Position numbers and translations under genes: made by a program
Shown here: piece by piece, positions 37,400-45,270 of the stretch
Numbering within the stretch: position 1 is the stretch's first letter
How the letters are laid out: each line of letters opens with the position of its first letter
Assembly: GCA_002256025.1 (NCBI GenBank)
Contig: NKIB01014283.1
Span: 1-45,270, forward strand
Direction: 5' to 3'
Source of the DNA: Asterionella formosa
Lineage: Eukaryota
Length of the DNA: 45,270 bases
The notes under the pieces: generated by a model
Seen by the model: the letters and a program-made list of their open reading frames with translations, nothing else
Told to the model about the DNA's origin: nothing
Database searches by the model: none

Positions 37400-38082
37400 T
37401 TTCAAGGACTGCAGCTTCCGGAATTTCGTGTGATGTACAGTGATTTATTGGTGCTTCAACGAATTGTAAGGTGATTTACCGCATACATCTGCCATCTCTT
37501 CAATCTCCCCTGTGGCCGACTTCTATTCACATAATGGTTGTGCTGACGTCGTGTTTTTCAAATGGGAACCCAACCTGACATTGAAATATATACGAGTGTG
37601 AATAAAAATAATTCATTCGTCATGTCAGGTCGACGTCATTTCTTGACGTCAATTGATCTTCAACTTCATTGTGACGTTTACATCTACAAATATTCTTTTT
37701 TATGCTTCCAGGTACCTGGTACTCCTGTTACTGGTACCGGAAGCTATTTATATAAGGAAATTAGAATTGCCTTTGTTGAAGGAAGTAACGGGTACCATAT
37801 GGCCGAGCAATGAACGAAATTCTTTTAAGTTTTTAACTCATTTTATTTTTTGCCTACCGGTACCGGTAGTCGATATACTGACCATTATTCATACGTAGAC
37901 TCTAGAGATTGGAGTCTAGTCGCTAGCTTATTATTATAGACTACCGATAGGTCTACTTGGTCCTACCAAGTACGGTCATGCATTTCTCACATTGTTTTTC
38001 AACTAGTCCGGGGTGTATCAAAATCAACTATTGTTATGCAACACGCAGCATGAGTTACAGCTATTGATGATCAAGTTGACCG

Positions 38083-38940
38083 TTAAGATATCTTCGCTTG
38101 TGAATGTATTGAGTTAAGATTGGCATCGGATTCCTGGAGGAACGCCATGGTCATGCAATGTTCCACCTCGTCGTCGCGAATGGCGCAAAAGACGTCATAT
38201 AGATTATCCATTTTTGGTCGTCGCTTCTCTTCTCTGAAACTCGTGTGCATCTCATCAAACATGTACAAATCTCCATCTCGGTAATAGTCGACTGCCACCT
38301 GAGGAGCTGGTTGATTTAGTAGCCACTCTTCATTCTCCTTCAGAAATTTGTCGTAGGTGTTAGCCGCATGTTCCTCCACTGCTTGATTGAGATTGTAGGC
38401 AAGAGATGGATTAACAAGGTAAGCCGCCACGACGAACCAATAGTAGAAGAAGGCAATGTGTTGGGCAATAAAACGATCTCCAAATTTGTCGTTGCCCCCA
38501 AGACCTTCCATTATTAGTAAGTGATGGAGCTCATTAATTGACTCAGCAAAATGCATTTGAAGATAGTCACTCCGGCGCCACCAGCCAAACGTCTCATAGA
38601 GATGAAGAACGGATAGATAGGAAAAATATGGCATTCTAGCAATCGTCTCCAAGGCGTAAAAGCGAGCGAAAGCCCGATCCAATGTAGTACCTCCATAGAG
38701 TGTGTCAAATAGAACAGTTTTTCCGGCATCAATGAACTTTTGATTGAACTCCTTTGTAGCATTGCTTAAAGGAGACCCAAACACAGAAGCTGGGGAAGTT
38801 GATGTCACTTTCTCCCCGGTGGCCGATGCAGCGAGCGCTTCGGTAATATGACATTTTGATTTTACAATGCTTGGTCGGATAGAAAAAGGTTCCACCATTT
38901 GCGCCACGAGGGCAAGTAAAGTGATCAATTTCATTATCAT
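38083..38940 (-). CDS. PTOX: Plastid terminal oxidase, copy 2 (tandem paralog)
   Basis: Same motifs as copy 1 with all ligands intact. First plausible ATG at 38940 (MIMKLITLLALVAQMVEP-F). Confidence 0.92.
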   Translation of the reverse strand: MIMKLITLLALVAQMVEPFSIRPSIVKSKCHITEALAASATGEKVTSTSPASVFGSPLSNATKEFNQKFIDAGKTVLFDTLYGGTTLDRAFARFYALETIARMPYFSYLSVLHLYETFGWWRRSDYLQMHFAESINELHHLLIMEGLGGNDKFGDRFIAQHIAFFYYWFVVAAYLVNPSLAYNLNQAVEEHAANTYDKFLKENEEWLLNQPAPQVAVDYYRDGDLYMFDEMHTSFREEKRRPKMDNLYDVFCAIRDDEVEHCMTMAFLQESDANLNSIHSQAKIS

Positions 38941-40016
38941 CGTATTCGGTATACTAACGTGTCTTGTTGAGGAGTAATAGAGTGATTCGGGTGACGGAGT
39001 GAGAAACAATGGTCCATCATGTTGTTTCACAAACCTTTTCTTTCATGTTCTGGGACCGTGCATATATGAACATCATCGGTGAATACCGGTATTCACATAA
39101 AATACAGTACAATAGCTGTGTTCCGTATTATGTAACGGTATTCGTCCACTCACAGAAATGCGAAGCATAAAATATTTCTCAGACACGTGGAGCTCTTCCC
39201 GTTCAAAAAAATTTCCTCATGATGCTCCGAGTACTGGTACCAGGTAGTAGTAGTGTTTCGGCCACGACTGTTGAAAATTGCTCGCTCACATACAATAATC
39301 CTTTTCGTGTGTCCTCCATTTGGGCTACTCCAAGATATTGGGTGTATTGGTCAGGTATGATGGATTTGTAAGTTGCTCAAAGGAAACAAAATAGCAAAGT
39401 GGAGGTCACCATTCAGGAAACTTAATCCTACCCAGACATACTTGCTTACTTGCAAATTGCCTGAAATCAGCCAAAGAATTGCATAACTCATGAATCAAAA
39501 TATGGCAAAAGTAAAATCTGATTTATTCTAACAAATCCTTGATGGTTTATTATTAACTGTCAACAGCCAATCATTTTCATTACAAATAGAAATACAAATA
39601 AACAATGAAAACCATCAGCAACCCTATATTTTTGCCCTTTTCTTGGTTGGTCTAATCCTCACCACACGTAGGGTGATTTTTCCCATGTTACTCACTTGCT
39701 GGGATTATTTTTGTACTCCATTCAATGAGAAATTCATTTTGGTGCAAAAATTACAATGCTCGGATAACAGCACTTCCTATCTATGTTTGTATCAGGGAAT
39801 CAAACATCTGTGTATCTTCTGATGCCAGCTACCATAGATATTTGTGCTAAAATACAGTGCAACTAATGTTCATCATAATATCAGCCACTAATGAGGGTTA
39901 GGGATAGTGAGGAATGTCACAGTCTGACACAAAATGTACATTTTATGGACCGATAACAGCATTTTTTGATCATAACTCATCACATGGAATGTTACAAAGT
40001 CCTTCTTGTTTGTTTT

Positions 40017-41213
40017 CTACAAAATGACACAGCCACTACCACACCCAGCCTCGGCTGCAATGATATTGATTGCTGCATTTGTCCCTCCACCAGCTGCCAG
40101 GGCTGCTGCCAGTTTTGTTGCAAGTGCTGTAAGCTTGGCGAAGTCATAGTCATCTGGAATCGACATGTTGGCTGGCGTGCTAGTTGCATCACCATCAGCT
40201 ACAAAGTGATAAGGTAGATCCAAGACAGTTCCTGAATGACAGCAGTCCATGATGCAGGTCACAGTAACACCAGCTGGCATTTCACCCACCAAAGCCTGGA
40301 ACAAGTCATCATCACGGATTTGGCCAGCAGATTCATAGTCAAGAGGAACCAAGGTCTCATCATATCCATCAGCTGCAGGCAATATAAATAAATGTGTGGT
40401 TAGGAGTTGACTGGTGTATAGTGAATTATGATTCAAAGCCACATACCTTCATCACCACTTTCATCGCGAATTTTTCCTCCATGTCCCGAGTAATGACAGA
40501 ACACTGCATCCCCAGCCTGGGAGCTAGCCACCAACGTCTTGTAGGCATTCATGATATTCTCAAATGTAGGTTCAGTGTGCTGTCCATCGTCCATCAAAAG
40601 AGTAATGTTTGACTCTGGGAAGCCATGCACATCCTATCGTGCAACAAACGCTAATATGAGGAAACAGAATGAAATGGCGTTTTGTCTGAAAAATCAAGAG
40701 CTATTTTTTGCTGGCTTCCTCTCGAGGTGACTGGCAGCAACAATAGAAATATGGTAGTCATGGGACACGTACCTTAATGTATTCCATCATGTTTCCAACA
40801 TCATTGTGACAACCAGAAAGTTCACCATCCTGTCCAACATAGTTAATACCAATCATCAGAGCTCGTTTCGTTCCAGAAAAGTTATCAGGAACAAGGCTGA
40901 ATTGGTTCTGCAAATCAAGGGGTCTGGACGAAGTGAGCTGCGGGATTTGAGCGTATTGGCCCTGCGAGAGAATATCTCGCATGGCCAAGAGCACTTCTTG
41001 GAAAGAAAGATCCTTGTCAGGCTTCGCATGATCGGCGTACAACACCTTGAGCATCGCAGAAGTGCAGGCTCCACCAGCTTGGCCTGCAGGGTCGGGAAGC
41101 TTGAAGGTGGCAACATTGGATACATCGGCAGATGTTTGCTCATCCTTGCAGCCGGAGATCATACGAAACTCGGCAGGAATGAGCTTTTCGGCCTTCTCTA
41201 GAGCGGAGGACAT
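40017..41213 (-). CDS. Type III metacaspase (p10-p20 order), 3 exons: 41213-40773, 40633-40447, 40372-40017; 327 aa; ends in CVIL
   Basis: p10 motifs ([22 protein letters not shown]) precede p20 motifs ([26 protein letters not shown]). Both GT-AG introns preserve frame (441+187+356=984 nt). Confidence 0.93.
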
Positions 41214-42122
41214 TATTGCTGAATGGTTTGGATGACACTTTTTGTCTTCTCAAAAGTGAGCTCTCCGACAACAACCCAATTTGAAAGCACCGCGCATAAA
41301 ATACAGTCATTTAATCACAAACACCAAAAATCGAGTCCTTTGATAGAAATCCGGGAATGAGCGATTGCGTATAGATAAATACATGCCGGTATGATTTCCT
41401 CTCTACCCGGTAATTATGTCAGGATTTTAGTACGGTGGCGAATACCGGTAGCTACCACAGCACAAACATGACCTTTCATTAATTATTCAGCGAAGAGTTG
41501 TAATAATTTTTATTCATGTATGATTATATTTGTATATATTCCCAACGAACGGACTATCAATTTTGAATGTGTCGTAAATTTTGCAGCTGTGAATACAATA
41601 CAAATACAGGTAATCAACCGGCAGTACATACCCTCTTACCACATAAAAACTGAGAGTCATCCTTTAACATCGTATGGTAATCACACGTTTTGGGACGAAT
41701 ACTACATAGAGTTACGTTGATTCTGTTTCATCAGACAAAGTTGTTTCTTGGTACCATGCATGGCTGGACGAGGAGCAATCTTAACACTTGTAGGTTGAGC
41801 TTTTGTGACTGCCTGTTCTTGAGATAAATCGGTCAAAAGGTAGTTGTCACGAAACTCTGGGTCAAATCAGATTACCCTATTGAGCCAGCAATTCATTTTT
41901 GACACTGAAGTAAAACGAAACACACACATCTTACAAGTAAAATATAAATGTATATCGCTTAAGGTTGCGGCCCTGCAGTTACACATCACGAGGTCTGTTT
42001 TTTTTCAAAATAATTTTATTATTTACTTCAATCCACATAGTACGAGCAACGAAATAAAATAGTTAAAGGTAAAATTAGCTTTCACCAATACGACCACTTT
42101 GCATATGCTTAGATACAGTCAT

Positions 42123-43899
42123 GGGTCGACTTAGGGGTATGATCTATATACAGATATGGGAACGACGTCATTTCTGGAGAGAAGTGGCAGTTATCCCTCT
42201 TGAAATCGTAACTATCTAAAAAATAGTCAAAAAAGTGGGCCATCAAGCTTTTAAAAAAATCTACAAGGGATAAGGGCCGTTCTTATCATTTTTTTCATGT
42301 ATCACGGAATTTGAATATTTTTGAAAATGTATCAGCAACGGTAACTCGATTTGAACTGAATTTCATTCATTCCAAAAGTGTCACTGTATCACTAATTTGA
42401 GATCACAATGTATTATGGAGTAACAAGGATTGTCAACGGTGACAGGCCAGCTACGAGCATCTAGATATATATGAGCAGTAATATGCATATGCGTAGCTTA
42501 AATAAAAATAACAACCGGAATAAAATAACAAATATCATACCGGTATCATCTTACTGAGCCTGTGCGGTAGCTACATGCTACTAGCCCCTGGTACCAGGTA
42601 TTGAGAGACTCGTCAACACATTGACCATGTCGATAATCAGCTATTTCTCCATCAAAATGGCAAAGGAGTCGCTGCGCTTTTGCGGTCTAAGATATCATTG
42701 TATGAACGATGCAATAGAAAAGGAAATATAGATATATCTTTAAAATTGCATAAGAAATTACGAATCAACAATGTAGAAGAGGAACATTCGTCATTTTATA
42801 TGATTGCAAACAGAACTATTGATTTGTTACGGCAACGACTAAAGCTATGACTGCTAATACGACTACAACAATACTATTATATGACAAAAGTGCTTGCAAA
42901 AAGTGGTGTTAGGTTAGTCTTTGTGTTATAGACGCCATGAGATCAATCGATTGCACCAGTGGCGTTTTCAAGTTGCTCTGTGTTGCTGATGTTGATTTTC
43001 CCATTCACAAAATAGATTATATAGTTGGCGCTGGCATGTCTACAGTTATTTTATCAGTGGCAACGGACGTGATACACAGTGATCAACGGCTTGATCAGTG
43101 ATACAGCATTGGTCACGGGTCCAAAAACTGTATCAGTGATACACCCATGATACACCAGTGATCAGACCAAAAAACCGTTGGTGATACACAAAAAAAACCA
43201 AACCGCCATTTTTGTATCATATTTCGGAGATGATACACCAATGACGATTCTTATCATTCTGTTATAATGTTCCTCTTCTACATTGTTGATTCGTAATTTC
43301 TTATGCAATTTTAAAGATATATCTATATTTCCTTTTCTATTGCATCGTTCATACAATGATATCTTAGACCGCAAAAGCGCAGCGACTCCTTTGCCATTTT
43401 GATGGAGAAATAGCTGATTATCGACATGGTCAATGTGTTGACGAGTCTCTCAATACCTGGTACCAGGGGCTAGTAGCATGTAGCTACCGCACAGGCTCAG
43501 TAAGATGATACCGGTATGATATTTGTTATTTTATTCCGGTTGTTATTTTTATTTAAGCTACGCATATGCATATTACTGCTCATATATATCTAGATGCTCG
43601 TAGCTGGCCTGTCACCGTTGACAATCCTTGTTACTCCATGATACATTGTGATCTCAAATTAGTGATACAGTGACACTTTTGGAATGAATGAAATTCAGTT
43701 CAAATCTAGTTACCGTTGCTGATACATTTTCAAAAAAATTCAAATTCCGTGATACACGAAAAAAATGATAAGAACGGCCCTAACTGCCACTTCTCTGCAG
43801 AAGTTAACTCCTGACGGTCTTCGGTACACGGCTATCTATTTCATTCTTCATGAAACCCCGTAGAGGATGTAGAGCAATCCTCCTCCAAAAAGTCGACCC
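42123..43899. mobile_element. Older inverted-repeat-rich element interrupted by the foldback insertion (outer limits uncertain)
   Basis: GGGTCGACTT (42123) / AAGTCGACCC (43890). Removing the insert and one TAA restores AGGGATAACTGCCACTTCTCT, the reverse complement of 42178-42198. Confidence 0.6.
42274..43780. mobile_element. Non-autonomous Harbinger-family foldback element with 515 bp inverted arms
   Basis: Termini GGGCCGTTCTTATCATT / AATGATAAGAACGGCCC with TAA TSD (42271-42273, 43781-43783). Arms 42274-42788 and 43266-43780 are nearly identical in reverse complement. Confidence 0.95.
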
Positions 43900-44394
43900 G
43901 ATCGGCTTTTTCAACAGTCGCCAAAATATTGGAATCAGAATTTGTACGTGCAAAAAAGTTCTCGTATACTTGGAGTCTTGCGTAGGTATGTTTCGCTGAA
44001 TAATTCTCAGTCCGAAAAGACTCCAGGGTAAGTTCCCGCGTCACTACACATTTTCTGATTGGTTGAATTGAATTTATTCACCTGCTTCAGATTTGCTGAA
44101 GTATCCCAGTCTTGTAAAATCTCGCCAGCCACACTTGAACCACACGTATTAGATGTACTGAATCCTGGTTGGTAAAATCAGTACCGGTACTACTGGAAGC
44201 ACACCCTGTCCTCCATCGATGAACCAATATTGTGTACTACTGGTACCTGGTGCTCCGAGTACAGAAATACCGTTACTCTGGGACTCCGGTACTGATTTAC
44301 ATACCAACATATACCTTTGTGCGTGGAGTGATATTGAAACTACAAGCAGCAATGCAGATTTATTATCATTGTATAAACAAGAGCCATGAGCATA

Positions 44395-45270
44395 CCGTAT
44401 ACTTCATTGTCCTGGACCCCCCTGAGGTTGCTGGACCCCCCTGTACATTTTTTTCGAGGTGGCACCAAACACCCAATAATTTTCTAGACATCGACAAAGT
44501 AACGTGTTATAATTCTGATTTTTGTGGCAGAAATTGAATGATGCTACCATTATAAACTACCAGTAATATCGGTACTTCCAATGCATACTACATATTAATC
44601 ATGTCAACAACAAGATCAGCAACAATCAACAGCCGCCGAGATGGGGAGTTGCTTGGACTGAATGCTTCCAGCAATGGGCGCTCATGTGAGCAACATGAAT
44701 GCTGCAGGAAAGCGGTTAAGGCTGATGATGTGATCAGGTTCAAGCTGGCTGTTGTGGAGGATGTATTGGGCAAGCCATTGGAGACGATCAAGGCTGTCCT
44801 CATCAAGGATGGCATGGAACTTTGCACTGTTGGTTTTCTGGGCAGAGAAGTTGCAGCATTGCCTTCACAACGGAGCAAGTACATCGACAAGTTTGCGCAG
44901 GTGCTAGAACTGTATGATGACAATGAAAATTCTATGATGAGAAAGAAGAGCAAGAGGAATGCCGGAATGGCTTCATTCCGCTTGATGGAGGATATTCAAG
45001 GCCAGGAGTAGATTCGATTGTAGCAGTCCTCAATAACGATGTAGAAATGCAATCTATACTATTTATTATAATATTGTAGAACAGTAAATAGACTCCAGAG
45101 TCATTTCCTTTAGCATTTATAGTGATTCACGTCAACTGTAGTTCTACTAGCTTCAACACGAAAAATCAAATCGTAAATTACGACTTAAGCTGTTTAACAT
45201 CAACGCTATGGAATTGCTTCTACAAATCAATAATATAACAATAGAGCATGCTTAAACAGACTATAAAGTT
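44395..45270. mobile_element. Probable left end of a TA-targeting pogo/Tc1-mariner-like element running off the window
   Basis: TA|CCGTA start at 44393-44399, followed by two direct copies of CTGGACCCCCCTG (44412, 44431) and then a small ORF. Confidence 0.45.
44601..45011 (+). CDS. Small 136 aa protein (GRSCxxHxxC...VGFL), putative transposon accessory protein, possibly HIRAN-like
   Basis: Intact ATG-to-stop ORF with motifs ELLGL..GRSCEQHECC, VIRFK, IKAVLIKDGMELCTVGFL and FAQVLELY. Confidence 0.65.
   Translation: MSTTRSATINSRRDGELLGLNASSNGRSCEQHECCRKAVKADDVIRFKLAVVEDVLGKPLETIKAVLIKDGMELCTVGFLGREVAALPSQRSKYIDKFAQVLELYDDNENSMMRKKSKRNAGMASFRLMEDIQGQE

Noticed and set aside
36548..41213. PTOX-PTOX-metacaspase as a functional stress/cell-death gene cluster
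   Set aside because: They are co-oriented neighbours, but adjacency in a eukaryotic genome is not evidence of a shared pathway without synteny or co-expression data.
41580..41900. Possible minus-strand gene remnant
   Set aside because: Only short open stretches with several stops and no recognisable motif.

Overview
Eukaryotic nuclear DNA, very likely from a diatom or another ochrophyte. This is inferred from GT-AG introns, signal peptides ending in ASAF-like motifs (TTSF, SHAF, ADAF), PTOX genes and a type III (p10-before-p20) metacaspase. Intact-looking genes: a plastid-type EamA/DMT transporter, a P2-like P-type ATPase, an unknown plastid-type protein, an Mpv17/PMP22 protein, an ankyrin-repeat protein, a small single-TM protein, an ARM-like protein, gamma-SNAP, two tandem PTOX paralogs and the metacaspase. 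About half of the window is DNA-transposon material. It includes a 9.5 kb TIR/TSD-bounded PIF/Harbinger element with decayed cargo (12276-21805), a second Harbinger remnant, and a 1.5 kb Harbinger foldback with 515 bp inverted arms nested in an older element. It also has probable Crypton, CACTA, Sola and pogo-like fragments, tRNA-like SINE heads and an S49 peptidase pseudogene. The most notable oddities are a C-terminal CaaX (CVIL) on the metacaspase, PAGL in place of the ion-binding PEGL in the ATPase, palindromic GGTACC/ACCGGT motif clusters upstream of genes, and a 115 bp repeat that parses as duplicated exon-intron units. All family calls are by-eye motif recognition; no database searches were run.
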